A stretch of DNA of 64,000 nt from an uncultured Gemmatimonadales bacterium (GCA_963840215.1 CAWIYG010000001.1:583704-647703); one strand, 5' to 3'; shown: positions 8,731-20,988, numbered from the stretch's first letter. Notes: generated by a model from the letters alone, not told the origin. Made by a program: numbers and translations.

Positions 8731-11452
8731 CGACGAGCGCCGCCCGCGGGGCGGTGGGAGCGCCCTCGCGGTGGACCTCCGCCGGGCCCGCGCGGCGCAA
8801 CGGCGGGCCGATCGCGCGGCCCAGCGCGCAGAGAAGGCTGGCGGCGTCGACAAGACGGACCGCCGCTCGCGGTCACGCGGGCACCGGGTGGCCTGCGGCA
8901 ACCGCGATCCCCTGGAATGCGTGCGCACATGGTTTCGACTGCACGACTGGGCGCCGTTTCCGTTTCAGGAGGAAGTCTGGCGTGCCTACCTCGCCGGCGA
9001 GAGCGGGCTGATCCATGCCGCCACGGGCACCGGCAAGACCTACGCGGCGTGGATCGGACCGGTCCTGGAGTGGCTCCGAGACTACCCGGGCCGGCCGCGG
9101 CGGGCCGCCGGCGCGCCGAAGGCGCAGGCGAGGCACTTGGCGGCCCCGCCCCTCCGTGTCCTCTGGGTCACGCCCCTCCGTGCCCTCGCCGGCGACACCG
9201 AGGCCGCCCTCCGCGCCCCGATCGAGGACCTCGGGCTTCCCTGGACGGTCGAGTCGCGCACCGGCGACACCCCGGCCCGCATCCGGGCGCGCCAGCGCGA
9301 TCGCCTCCCGACCGCTCTCGTCACCACCCCGGAAAGCCTGTCGCTGCTGCTCACGCGAGAGGACGCGCAGGACCTGTTCGACCATCTCGAGCTGGTCGTA
9401 GTCGACGAGTGGCACGAGCTGCTCGCGTCCAAGCGCGGAGTGCAGACCGAGCTCGCGCTCGCGCGGCTCCGCCGCTTTCGCCCCGATCTCCGCACGCTCG
9501 GGCTCTCCGCCACCCTCGGCAATCTCGACGTGGCCCGCGATGCGCTGCTCGGCCTCGATCCGAGTGGGGCGCCGCGATCCGGCAGGATCGTCCGAGGGCT
9601 GGTGCCCAAGGCGCTCGAGGTCGATGCCCTGATTCCCGAGACGATGGAGCGGTTTCCCTGGTCCGGGCAGATCGGGCTCCGGCTCCTGCCCGAAGTGGTC
9701 GCGGCGATCGAGGAGGGCGAGACCTCGCTCGTCTTCACGAACACCCGCGCGACCGCCGAGATCTGGTATCAGGCGCTGCTCGCGGCTCGTCCCGATTGGG
9801 CGGGGATCATGGCGCTGCACCACGGCTCGCTCGACCGCAAGACCCGCGAATGGGTGGAGGACGGACTCCGCGACGGCAAGCTGCGCTGCGTCGTCTGTAC
9901 GTCCACCCTCGACCTCGGCGTGGACTTCACGCCGGTGGACCGCGTGCTCCAGGTCGGCAGCCCCAAGAGCGTCGGTCGGCTCATTCAGCGCGCGGGCCGG
10001 AGCGGGCACCAGCCGGGCGCCGTCAGCCGCCTGACCTGCGTTCCCACCAACGCGCTCGAGCTGGTGGATGTCGCCGCCGCGCGGGACGCGCTCGAGGCCG
10101 GCCGCATCGAGGCTCGCCGGCCGGTCGAGCGTCCACTCGATCTGCTTGCCCAGCACGCCATCACCGTCGCCCTCGGCGGCGGCTTCCTGCCCGACGCGCT
10201 GTTCGACGAGGTGCGCACGACCAACGCCTTCCGCGACCTCACCCGGGCCGAGTGGGCCTGGGTGCTCGACTTCATCACCTACGGCGGCAGCGCCCTGCGC
10301 GGGTACCCCGAGTACAGCAAGGTCGTGGTGGAGGACGGACGCTACGTCGTGCGCAGCCGGATGGTCGCGATGCGGCACCGGCTCTCGATCGGCACCATCG
10401 TGAGCGAGGCCGCCATGAAGGTCCAGCTGCTCCGCGGGCGCACGCTCGGCTCGGTGGAGGAGAATTTCATCGCCCGGCTCCGGCCGGGCGATCACTTCAC
10501 CTTCGCGGGCCGGACGCTGGAGTTCGTGCGCGTGCGCGGGCTGGTGGCCTACGTGCGGAAATCGACCCAGAAGACCTCGCTGATGCCTCACTGGTCGGGC
10601 GCCCGGCAGCCGATCTCCCCGGAGCTCGCCGCCGGCATCCGCGCCAAGCTCGACGAGGCGCGCCGCGGCAGCTACGTCGGCGCCGAGATGGCCGCCGTCC
10701 GGCCGATCCTCGAGGTGCAGGGCCGCTGGTCGCGGCTCCCGGCGGCCGACGAGCTGCTGGTCGAGCGGGTGCGAACCCGCGAGGGCCACCACCTCTTCTT
10801 CTATCCGGTCGAGGGCCGGCTGGTGCACGAGGGGCTCGCGGCACTCTTCGCCTACCGCATCGCCCAGCTGGGGCCGATCTCGTTCACGCTCGCCGCCAAC
10901 GACTACGGCCTCGAGCTGCTCTCGGCCGACCCCGCGCCGATCGCCGAGGCGATCGATGCCGGCCTGTTCTCGCCCGACCACCTGCTGCACGACATCCCCG
11001 CGAGCCTCAACGCGGCCGAGCTGGCGCGGCGTCAGTTTCGCGAGATCGCGCGGGTGGCAGGTCTGATCTTCCAGGGGTATCCGGGTGTGAACAAATCGGT
11101 CAAGCAGGTCCAGGCATCGAGCGAGCTGCTGTACGACGTCTTCGCGCGCTACGATCCGGATAACCTCCTGCTGTTCCAGGCCCACCGCGAGGTGCTCGAG
11201 CGCCAGCTCGAGCACAGCCGGCTGGGCCGGGCTCTGGAACGGATCACCGCGGGCCGGGTGACGGTCGTCGACGTCGAGCGCCCGACGCCGCTCGCCTTCG
11301 GGCTGCTGGTCGATCGTGCGCGCGAGCAGGTGAGCTCGGAGAAGCTGGGCGACCGGATCCGTCGCCTGGTCGCCCCGCTCGAGAAGGCCGCCGACGCGCC
11401 GCGTTTCGCCCGCGGCGGCAGCCGCGGCTTCCGGAGCGGCGGGTCCTCGTGA
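8717..11452 (+). CDS. lhr: Ligase-associated DExH helicase (Lhr-core)
   Basis: ATGTGKT, TTPESL, DEWHE, LSAT, HHGSL, QRAGRSGH, LARRQFREIARVAGL; start uncertain. Confidence 0.92.
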   Translation: MDSPSDERRPRGGGSALAVDLRRARAAQRRADRAAQRAEKAGGVDKTDRRSRSRGHRVACGNRDPLECVRTWFRLHDWAPFPFQEEVWRAYLAGESGLIHAATGTGKTYAAWIGPVLEWLRDYPGRPRRAAGAPKAQARHLAAPPLRVLWVTPLRALAGDTEAALRAPIEDLGLPWTVESRTGDTPARIRARQRDRLPTALVTTPESLSLLLTREDAQDLFDHLELVVVDEWHELLASKRGVQTELALARLRRFRPDLRTLGLSATLGNLDVARDALLGLDPSGAPRSGRIVRGLVPKALEVDALIPETMERFPWSGQIGLRLLPEVVAAIEEGETSLVFTNTRATAEIWYQALLAARPDWAGIMALHHGSLDRKTREWVEDGLRDGKLRCVVCTSTLDLGVDFTPVDRVLQVGSPKSVGRLIQRAGRSGHQPGAVSRLTCVPTNALELVDVAAARDALEAGRIEARRPVERPLDLLAQHAITVALGGGFLPDALFDEVRTTNAFRDLTRAEWAWVLDFITYGGSALRGYPEYSKVVVEDGRYVVRSRMVAMRHRLSIGTIVSEAAMKVQLLRGRTLGSVEENFIARLRPGDHFTFAGRTLEFVRVRGLVAYVRKSTQKTSLMPHWSGARQPISPELAAGIRAKLDEARRGSYVGAEMAAVRPILEVQGRWSRLPAADELLVERVRTREGHHLFFYPVEGRLVHEGLAALFAYRIAQLGPISFTLAANDYGLELLSADPAPIAEAIDAGLFSPDHLLHDIPASLNAAELARRQFREIARVAGLIFQGYPGVNKSVKQVQASSELLYDVFARYDPDNLLLFQAHREVLERQLEHSRLGRALERITAGRVTVVDVERPTPLAFGLLVDRAREQVSSEKLGDRIRRLVAPLEKAADAPRFARGGSRGFRSGGSS

Positions 11453-11462
11453 GCGCCGCCCG

Positions 11463-12119
11463 ATGACCGACGTCGAAGTGCGGGTCGCGGGAGAGGCCGT
11501 CGTCCTGCTGCCCGAGCGCGCGCTGTTCTGGCCGCGGGCGGCCACCCTCGTGGCCGCCGACTTCCACTGGGGCAAGGCCGCCACCTTCCGAGCGGCCGGC
11601 ATTCCGATCCCGACGGGCGCCACGGGTGACGACCTGGCCCGGCTCGACGCGGCCCTGCTCCGGACCTGTACCCGCCGCCTCGTCGTCCTCGGCGACCTCT
11701 TTCACGCGCGCGCGGGGCGGATCGCGAGCCGCACCCTCGCGGAGCTTCGCCGGTGGCGCGAGGACCGCACGGAGCTCGAGATCCTGCTCGTCCGGGGCAA
11801 CCACGACCGGCACGCCGGAGATCCACCGGAAGATCTCCGCATCAACTGCGTGAACGCTCCGGCCTTCCTACCGCCCTTCGTGCTGCGCCACGAGCCGGCC
11901 CTATCGGCGGACGCGTACACCCTCGCCGGCCATGTCCACCCCGGCATCGTCCTGACGGGCCCCGGCCTCCAGCGGGAGCGGCTTCCCTGCTTCTGGCTCA
12001 CGCCCCGCATGGCGGTGCTCCCGGCATTTGGTAGCTTCACCGGTCTGGGGCCGGTCTCGCCCGAGCCGACCGACCGGATCTTCGTGATCGCGGGCGACGA
12101 GGTTCTGGCCGCGGGCTAG
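11463..12119 (+). CDS. pdeM: Ligase-associated metallophosphoesterase/endonuclease (MPE)
   Basis: ADFHWGK, LGDLFH, RGNHD, AGHVHP, LPAFGSFTG; directly follows lhr. Confidence 0.88.
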   Translation: MTDVEVRVAGEAVVLLPERALFWPRAATLVAADFHWGKAATFRAAGIPIPTGATGDDLARLDAALLRTCTRRLVVLGDLFHARAGRIASRTLAELRRWREDRTELEILLVRGNHDRHAGDPPEDLRINCVNAPAFLPPFVLRHEPALSADAYTLAGHVHPGIVLTGPGLQRERLPCFWLTPRMAVLPAFGSFTGLGPVSPEPTDRIFVIAGDEVLAAG

Positions 12120-13039
12120 GGGAGGACGATGACGCCCAGGTCGGTCTCCTGACCCGCCGTCACCGTCACGTCAGGCACGAGCACGCGTTCAGCGGCGAGA
12201 CCCTGAGGCGGGTCCACCGCGATGATGTACCTGCTGTCGACCTGGGCCGGGACCTGAGTCCAGTGCGCGCTTCGTGTCACGAAGGAGAACTCGAAGGCGC
12301 CGGTGGCATCGCTGCCCGCGGTCCCCAGTACCGACCAGGTGTTCTCGGGACCGGCCGGGTCGCCCAGATAGAGACGGAGCGACGCGTTCGCGACCGGGGC
12401 CGTTTCGACCCGAACGACCCCGACGATGGACCCGGTCTTGGTTCCGTCGGCGGCGCGGAGAACCGGTGAGAAGATGAAGCCCTCGTCCGTGCTCGCGGGG
12501 TCGAGCTCCTGCGGCGTAAGGAACGCCTTGCCCACGTCGAAGTCGATCACCACGGTACCGCCCGAATCCGGCACGTCGATCTGTTCGTGGATGAGCGCGT
12601 TCAGGACGGGCCGGCCGGCGCTGGACTGCCAGGCGATCCCCGGCGTCGAGCTGCCCGTGAGCACGGTCCCGTCGTCGAGGGTGATGCTCGACTGGTCCGT
12701 GTCGATGACGAGCCGGACCGCCGTGATGACCCCATCGGGCAGGTCGAGCTCGCCGAGCTCGTCGGTGACACCGCGCTGCAAAGCCAGGAGGTTGATCGTG
12801 CGGTCGGGTGCGGCCAGGGTCATGAAGTTGCCGGCCGCGGAGGTGTCGGGCGTCAGCGACCCGGACACGCTCACCACGTGCACGTCGACCCGCTGCACGC
12901 GGTCGAAGGGAAACGGCGCGTCGGTGAGGAGGATTCGGGTCGTACCCTCCGCCGAGATGCCCGGGCCGCCGCTGTCGCTGCAGGCGGTGAGGGACCCGAG
13001 CAAGACGATCAGGAACTGGACGGATCGGCGTGTCGCCAT
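12116..13039 (-). CDS. DUF4382-domain lipoprotein
   Basis: Lipobox LTAC; ILLTDAP, INLLAL, VVIDFDVGKAF, FSPVLR. Confidence 0.75.
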   Translation of the reverse strand: MATRRSVQFLIVLLGSLTACSDSGGPGISAEGTTRILLTDAPFPFDRVQRVDVHVVSVSGSLTPDTSAAGNFMTLAAPDRTINLLALQRGVTDELGELDLPDGVITAVRLVIDTDQSSITLDDGTVLTGSSTPGIAWQSSAGRPVLNALIHEQIDVPDSGGTVVIDFDVGKAFLTPQELDPASTDEGFIFSPVLRAADGTKTGSIVGVVRVETAPVANASLRLYLGDPAGPENTWSVLGTAGSDATGAFEFSFVTRSAHWTQVPAQVDSRYIIAVDPPQGLAAERVLVPDVTVTAGQETDLGVIVLP

Positions 13040-13180
13040 GCCTGCCTCGCTCTCGCTGATGATGGTGCAGGTACGCGGGGAGCCCCGCCACCCGCCTGTC
13101 CAGGAGGTCTGCGGTCCCGAAGATGTCGGGAGCCCGTACCCTCAGCGTGACCTAGGAGGCGTCGGGCGGGGCCTCGACCC

Positions 13181-13214
13181 TTGCCGACACCTCTGCTTGT
13201 GAATAATTTCACAA
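13181..13214 (+). promoter_or_regulatory. Rex operator overlapping a sigma70-like promoter of cydAB
   Basis: TTGTGAAtaatTTCACAA at 13197-13214 matches the Rex consensus TTGTGAA-N4-TTCACAA; TTGCCG(13181-13186)-17 nt-TAATTT(13204-13209). Confidence 0.85.
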
Positions 13215-13241
13215 TGTGACTCCCCCGCCCCGGCTCTGACT

Positions 13242-14589
13242 GTGTCCGATCTGCTCGCCGCCCGCTCGCAGATGGCGATGTCGCTCGCCTTCCACATCAT
13301 CTTCGCGGTGGTGGGCATCGGCATGCCGGTGCTGATGGTGGTGGCCGAGGGGCGCTACCGGGCCACGGGCGACGCGATCTACCTGGAGCTGGCGAAGCGC
13401 TGGGCCAAGGGCACCGCGATCCTGTTCGCCGTCGGCGCGGTGTCGGGCACGGTGCTCTCGTTCGAGCTCGGCCTGCTGTGGCCCGGCTTCATGGAGTTCG
13501 CCGGGCCCGTGATCGGCATGCCGTTTTCCCTCGAAGGGTTCGCCTTCTTCACCGAGGCGATCTTCCTCGGGATCTACCTCTACGGCTGGGACCGGATCTC
13601 GCCGCGCGCCCACTCTGGGCCGGCATCCTCGTCGCGGTGAGCGGCGCCGCTGTCCGGCATCTTCGTCGTGATCGCGAACGCCTGGATGAACGCGCCGACG
13701 GGCTTCGACGTCGTGAACGGGCAGCTCGCCCATGTCGATCCGATCGCCGCCATGCTGAACCCGATGGCCTTCCAGCAGACGCTGCACATGACGCTGGCCT
13801 CGTACGCCGCGACCGGCTTCGCGGTCGCCGGCATTCACGCCTTCCTGCTGCTGCGCGATCGGCAGAACGCCTTTCATCGGCGGGCGCTGGCCATCGCGCT
13901 CCTGGTCGGCGCCCCCGCCGCGGTGCTGCAGCCGATCTCGGGGGATCTGAGCGCCCGGGCCGTCGCCGAGTACCAGCCCGCCAAGCTGGCGGCGATGGAG
14001 TCGCACTTCGTCACCGCACGGCGGGCGCCGCTCCTGCATCGGCGGCTGGCCCGACATGGAGACCCGCGAGACCCGGTATGCCGTGCGCATTCCCGGCGCG
14101 CTCTCCTTCCTCGCCTACCGCGACTTCGACGCCGAGGTCGAGGGGCTCGACCGGACGCCGCGCGCGGACTGGCCGAACGTGCCGATCGTGCATACCGCGT
14201 TTCAGGTGATGGTCGCCCTTGGCACGTTCATGGCCCTGGTCGGACTCTGGGCCGGGGTGCTCGCCTTCCGCCGGCGGGACCTGTGCGCGAGCACCTGGCT
14301 CCTCCGGGCGCTCGCGCTCGCCGCGCCGATGGGATTCATCGCGATCGAGGCCGGGTGGACCGTGACCGAGGTGGGGCGCCAGCCCTGGATCGTCTACGGC
14401 GTCCTGCGCACGGCGGACGCGGTGACACCCATGCCCGGGCTCATCGTTCCCTTCCTCGGCTTCACGGTCCTGTACTGCTTCCTTGGCGTCATCGTGGTGT
14501 GGCTGCTCTACCGCCAGATCATCCGGAGCCCGTCGCCGACGGAGTGGAGCCGCCTGTATTCCCCTGGGAGGACCGAGCATGCGGCCTGA
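13242..14589 (+). CDS. cydA: Cytochrome bd ubiquinol oxidase subunit I; apparent indels (~13612, ~13650, ~14036)
   Basis: SLAFHIIF, FAVGAVSG, EGFAFFTEAIF, ANAWMNAP, QPAKLAAME, GWTVTEVGRQPW. Confidence 0.93.
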
Positions 14590-15625
14590 ACTCGGGCTGG
14601 CGGAGGCCCTGGCCGGCGTCCTCGCGCTCTCACTCAACGCCTACGTGCTGCTGGGCGGCGCCGATTTCGGCGGCGGCGTCTGGGATCTGCTGGCGGGAGG
14701 GCCGAGGCGCGACCGCCAGCGCGAGGTGATCAGCCACGCCCTCGGCCCGATCTGGGAGGCCAACCACGTCTGGCTGATCCTGGCGATCGTGCTCACCTTC
14801 TCCGGCTTCCCGCCGGCGTTCGCCCGGCTCGGGACCGTGCTCCACATACCGCTCTCGCTGATGCTGGTGGGCATCGTGCTCCGAGGCTCCGCTTTCACCT
14901 TCCGCACCTACGACGACCAGCACGACGCGGTGCAGCGGCGCTGGGGCAGGATCTTCGCGGGCGCGAGCCTCGTGACGCCCGTGCTGCTCGGCGTGTGCAT
15001 CGGTGCCGTGGCCTCGGGGCGCGCCGGGCCGGTGCCCGCCGCGGGCACCTTCGCCGACCGCTTCGTCGCCCCGTGGCTCACGCCCTTCAGCCTGTCGGTG
15101 GGACTGCTCACGCTGGCGCTCTTCGCCCACCTGGCCGCCGTCTTCCTCACGCTCGAGTCCGATGATCCGGACATCGCCGAGGACTTCCGAACGCGCGCGC
15201 TCTGGTCGGGCGGCGTGCTCTTCGTCGCCGCCTTCGGCACGCTGCTCGTCGCCCGATCGCACGCACCGCTGATGGGGACGGGCTTGCTCGCCTCCCCGTG
15301 GGCACCGCCGTTCCACGTGGCCACCGGGCTGGCGGCGATCGCAACCCTGGCGGCACTCTGGCGGAGGCGCTACCATCTGGCGCGGGTGACGGTGGGGTTG
15401 CAGGTGTCGCTGATTCTCTGGGGGTGGGCCGTCTCCCAGTACCCGTATCTCATTCCGCCCGACCTCACGATCCGGGGCGCGGCGGCTCCCACGGCGACGC
15501 TCCGGGTGGTGCTGATCGCCCTCGGGCTGGGTGTCGTGGTGCTGCTGCCGTCGCTGGTGTACCTGTTCCGGGTGTTCAAGGCCGCGCCGAGTCACTCGGT
15601 GCGGGGGCCGAAGGGAGGCTACTGA
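14579..15625 (+). CDS. cydB: Cytochrome bd ubiquinol oxidase subunit II
   Basis: YVLLGGADFGGG, GPIWEANHVWL, LRGSAF; multiple TM helices; follows cydA. Confidence 0.92.
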   Translation: MRPELGLAEALAGVLALSLNAYVLLGGADFGGGVWDLLAGGPRRDRQREVISHALGPIWEANHVWLILAIVLTFSGFPPAFARLGTVLHIPLSLMLVGIVLRGSAFTFRTYDDQHDAVQRRWGRIFAGASLVTPVLLGVCIGAVASGRAGPVPAAGTFADRFVAPWLTPFSLSVGLLTLALFAHLAAVFLTLESDDPDIAEDFRTRALWSGGVLFVAAFGTLLVARSHAPLMGTGLLASPWAPPFHVATGLAAIATLAALWRRRYHLARVTVGLQVSLILWGWAVSQYPYLIPPDLTIRGAAAPTATLRVVLIALGLGVVVLLPSLVYLFRVFKAAPSHSVRGPKGGY

Positions 15626-16144
15626 TGCAGGATCTCCGCGTGAGCACCGAGCGGCTCGAGCTGGCGCCGCTGGCGCTCGACGAGATCGAAGCGCTGATCG
15701 CCGGCGATGGTGCCCGTCTTCGCGAGCTGACCGGCGTGCTCTTCCCCCGCCCGGCCGCCCCGCCTCCCTACATGGCCGACCCGCTCCCCACCGTGCGCGA
15801 GCACCTGCGCGCCCGGCCGGACGAGGCGCGCTGGTGGAACTGGCTCGTCTTCGAGCGGGAGACGAAGCGCGCGGTCGGCTCGGTGTCCTTCGGCGGGCCG
15901 CCCGACGAGTCGGGCGCGGTGCTCATCGGCTACGCGATGTACGAACAGTTCGAGGGCCACGGCTATGCCACCGAGGTCGTGCGCGCCATGATCGCGTGGG
16001 CATTTCAGCAGCCCGGCGTGAAGCAGGTGCGCACGCTCGCGCCGGTGTGGAACACGCCGGCGCTCCGGGTGGCGGAGAACGTCGGCATGCGGCCGGTGGC
16101 CGCCGACGAGGACGACGACGTGGGCGAGGTGCTGGTCTACGCCC

Positions 16145-17693
<1,549 letters not shown>

Positions 17694-17757
17694 GGGAGTC
17701 CCCTTCAGCGTAAGCCAGCTTGAGTCGTCGGGCGTCGTCGGACCGGCGTCCCGGGTG

Positions 17758-18833
17758 TCACGTCTTGCGCTTCTTCAGAATGTCCTCCAGCACCACCCGG
17801 TCGATCTTTCCGTCCATCCGCACCCGCACGTCGTAGTTCTCCCAGTACATGAAGTTCTTCAGCGCCTCGAGAAACGCCGGCGTTGCCGAACCCTGCGGCT
17901 TCGCCAGCCACTTCTCCGGTTGCTTCACCGGCTCCGCCAGCAGGATCGGCTCGAGCTGCGCCACGAGCGCCGGCGTGAGCGGCATCAGGTCCCGCGGCTC
18001 GCTCGGGAAGAAGTGCAGCTTGTGCAGCGCCAGCAGCCGCTCCAGCTCGGCGATCGGATCGACCGCGTCGTACACGCGGATGTCGACGAAGCGGTCGTTG
18101 GCGCCGAGATAGCCGCCGTTCTTCCGCGACGACCAGGAGCGCGGCGCTACTGCATGCCCCGCTTGTCGCCACCACCCGCCTGACCGGCCTTGAGTGCCGC
18201 CATCAGCCGGTCGGCGAGGCTGCCCCGGCTCCGCGCGAAGGCGTCGGCGAGGTTCTTCACGGTCTGGTCGGACACCATGATGTTCGCCTGCGCGGCGTAG
18301 CCCCGGCCCACGATCACCTGCCCCTTCCCGCCGGGGACGTTGCCCGCGCCCGAAGGCGCACCGACCCGTCCGCCGGCCCAGTCGAAGGTGGTGGTGCCGG
18401 TGAAGCTCGCGGCGTTCCCGCGGGCGTCGACGATGCCGACCTGCCGGTCCTGCAGCATGGTGTCGCTGCGCATCACGATGCGGAGCGCCTCTTCGGCCGT
18501 GGCGCCCTGGGCCACGAGGTCCAGGCCCCGCTCGCCATAGGCGGTGTTGCCGAGGCTCTGCGTGGCCACCGCGCCGATCCCGGCCCGCGCCCACGGCACG
18601 ATCCCGCCTACGTTCGGGAACTTCGACTGCACCGCTACCCCCAGGTCGCCCGTGACCGAGTCATAGGCGACGATGCTGTAGGTGTGGGCGAGTTTCTCGA
18701 GGTGTGCGGGGGCGACGACGGGCTGCTGGGCAGGGAGCGGGGTGAGGGACAGGACCTGAAGCGCGAGGAGGCCGGCAATGCCGGCCGCGCTGGTACACCT
18801 CGTCCATCGCCGCATGGGGGTGGCTCCGCTCAT
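17758..18833 (-). CDS. Exported DUF1028 (Ntn-hydrolase-like) protein; apparent indels ~18135-18150
   Basis: Signal peptide then HTYSIVAYD...[49 protein letters not shown]. Confidence 0.85.
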
Positions 18834-19375
18834 TGTTTGCCGAGCTTCTTCTTGAGATAGGCGAGCTGCGCCTCGATCGCGCTCTCGCGGCGCTGGCGCT
18901 CGGCGTCGGCCTGCAGGCGCACGTCCTCGTCCGGGCGGGTCGCGCCGGCCGATTCCAGGTCCCGCCACGCCGCCCTGACCGACTCCGACGGCTGGCCCGC
19001 CATCGCCTGCTGCGCTTCGGCGCTCATCTCCGCCAATTCCCGCTCGGCCAGCACCAGCTCGTCCCGCTGCACCAGCACCTTGCGCTCGAGCACGAGCACG
19101 CGTTCCCGATGGCGCAACGCGTAGCGCTCGGCGATGGCGACGGTCTCGGCATCGGGCACCGCGGCCGCCAAGCGGCCCCGCCGCTCGGCGTCCTCGAGCT
19201 GCTTCCGCTCGATCGCAAGCTCGCGCTCGGTCGCGGCCAGCGCCTCCCGCATCGTCCCGACGCCGACCTTGCCCTCGAGCAGCGCCTCGCGCAGGCCCGC
19301 GGCATAGGCTCTCGGATCGCTCCGCGAGCCCTCGCGCAGCAGCTGGTCCAGTCGCGCTTTCAGACCGTCGAGCAC
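18830..19375 (-). CDS. PspA/IM30-like coiled-coil protein
   Basis: All-helical: LDGLKARLDQLL, EDAERRGRLA, C-terminal IEAQLAYLKKKLG; start approximate. Confidence 0.6.
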   Translation of the reverse strand: MLDGLKARLDQLLREGSRSDPRAYAAGLREALLEGKVGVGTMREALAATERELAIERKQLEDAERRGRLAAAVPDAETVAIAERYALRHRERVLVLERKVLVQRDELVLAERELAEMSAEAQQAMAGQPSESVRAAWRDLESAGATRPDEDVRLQADAERQRRESAIEAQLAYLKKKLGKQ

Positions 19376-19475
19376 GGCCGCAGACGTCCTGGCATCGATG
19401 ACTCCTCGGGGATGGCCCGATCGCGGAGGGCGCGGGCCGGCCGCCGGAGGGCGGCCAAAGCAGTTGGGAAATCGA

Positions 19476-19504
19476 ATGGTAGGACCACTGCGGGAGACCG
19501 TCAA
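19476..19504 (-). promoter_or_regulatory. Sigma70-type promoter upstream of the PspA-like gene
   Basis: Minus strand TTGACG-17 nt-TACCAT. Confidence 0.6.
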
Positions 19505-19576
19505 GCGAGCGGGGCTTCCCGCCCGCGCGGGCACCGGGTAGCCTACCACGCAGGTGCCAACGACGAGAGGAGTTCC

Positions 19577-20053
19577 ATGACCCCCGAGAGCTGCAGCGTG
19601 TGCGCGGAGCTGGCCGGACGGATCACCGTCCCGGGCGGCGTGGTTTACCGGAACGAGTGGTGGGAGGTGGCCCATCACACCGGCCCTCAGACCGATCCGG
19701 GCGAGCTGATCGTCAAGCTCCGGCGGCATGCGAAGTCCCTGGCCGAGCTCACCTCGGCCGAGGCGACCGCCGTGGGCCCGGTGCTCCGGGCGGCCGTCAC
19801 CGCCGTCGAGCGGGTCATCCGACCCGAGCGGGTCTACGTCGCCTCCTATGGCGAGCGGGTGCGCCACGTGCACTTCTTCCTGCTCCCCAGGACGACCAGC
19901 CTCCCCGCCGGGCACGTCACCTCGGATCTCTACCGCCGGGCGCGCACGCTGTTCCGCCGACTGGGTGTGATCACCAACCCACCGGCCGCAGCCCGCGCCG
20001 ACGCGGCGGGCCGTCTGCGCGACGACGCCGCATGGTCGACGTTGAGCACCTGA
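19577..20053 (+). CDS. HIT family protein (degenerate triad)
   Basis: CSVC, PGELIV..RRH..SLAELT, HVHFFLLPR; RBS GAGGAG. Confidence 0.8.
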   Translation: MTPESCSVCAELAGRITVPGGVVYRNEWWEVAHHTGPQTDPGELIVKLRRHAKSLAELTSAEATAVGPVLRAAVTAVERVIRPERVYVASYGERVRHVHFFLLPRTTSLPAGHVTSDLYRRARTLFRRLGVITNPPAAARADAAGRLRDDAAWSTLST

Positions 20054-20988
20054 TCCTGGGCGCGGGCCCGGCCGGGCTCCGCGCGGCGCAGGTCCTCGCC
20101 GAGGCCGGACGCGAGGTCCTGGTGCTGGAGAAGCGTCCGGAGGTCGGGCCGAAGACCTGCGCCGCCGGCCTGACGGCCAAGACGATGCGGGAGCTGCGAC
20201 CACTCGGCCTGCCCCACGAGGCCACGCGCGCGAGCCTCGGGCATGTGGCCTTTGCCGGCGGGCGGCCGGTGGTGCTCGACCCCGAGCTGACCCTGGTGCA
20301 CACCATCCCGCGGCGCGAGCTCGGCCGCTACCAGCTGCAGTGGGCGCGCGCGGCCGGTGCCACGGTGCGACCGGGCTCGCCGGCGACGGCGATCGATCTC
20401 CGGGCGCGCACCGTCACTGCGGACGGCCGCCCCATCCGGTGGGGTCACCTGATCGGCGCGGACGGCGCCGACTCGGCCGTCCGCCGCGCGCTCGGCCTGT
20501 CCTCCCCGCGCGCCTACTTCGCCGCCGAATACAACCTCCCAGGGTTGAGGCTCGAACCCCTGCGGATCGAGTGCGATCCGGGCCCGGCCGCGCTCCGCCG
20601 CTACCTGGAGTGCCGCTGCGACGGACTCGGCGTGTCGCGCGCGGGTGTGGCATTGGAGGGAGCGACGCTGGAGGTGGCCTACCACGGATGCCACTTCGCC
20701 GGCGACGTGCATCTGGCCGGCGACGCCGCCGGCGCGATCTCGTCGCTCACGGCGGAGGGGATCTACGCGGCGCTCGTCACCGGCGAAGAGGTCGCACGCA
20801 CGATCCTCGAGCCGCGCGTGCCCGCCCCGAAGACGGCCAGCTGGGTCCGGACCAAGCGCTGGCACGACGGTCTGGCGCGCTGGCTCGCCCGCCCGGACAC
20901 CCGGGATCGGACCCTGGGTCTATTCGCGGGTATCGGAGAGGTGCGCTGGATCCGACGGCCGCTCGCGGCGTGGCTCCTCCACGGATGA
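20032..20988 (+). CDS. Geranylgeranyl-reductase-like FAD oxidoreductase
   Basis: GAGPAG, KTCAAGL, IGADGADSAVRR, AGDAAG..SSLTAEGIY.A. Confidence 0.8.
   Translation: MVDVEHLILGAGPAGLRAAQVLAEAGREVLVLEKRPEVGPKTCAAGLTAKTMRELRPLGLPHEATRASLGHVAFAGGRPVVLDPELTLVHTIPRRELGRYQLQWARAAGATVRPGSPATAIDLRARTVTADGRPIRWGHLIGADGADSAVRRALGLSSPRAYFAAEYNLPGLRLEPLRIECDPGPAALRRYLECRCDGLGVSRAGVALEGATLEVAYHGCHFAGDVHLAGDAAGAISSLTAEGIYAALVTGEEVARTILEPRVPAPKTASWVRTKRWHDGLARWLARPDTRDRTLGLFAGIGEVRWIRRPLAAWLLHG

Noticed and set aside
8873-11623. Long antisense or alternative-frame ORFs (also 47567-49996, 41578-43098, 50112-51389, 6-677)
   Set aside because: Shadow ORFs expected in high-GC DNA; no motifs, and they overlap well-supported genes.
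5172-12119. Novel anti-phage defence system (helicase + nucleases + ligase)
   Set aside because: Matches the already described Lhr-core/MPE/ligase/exonuclease repair cluster; only the extra genes are noteworthy.
18147-18149. TAG in the DUF1028 gene as possible pyrrolysine or readthrough
   Set aside because: The conserved SAALLV continues in a different frame, so this is an insertion error and not recoding.
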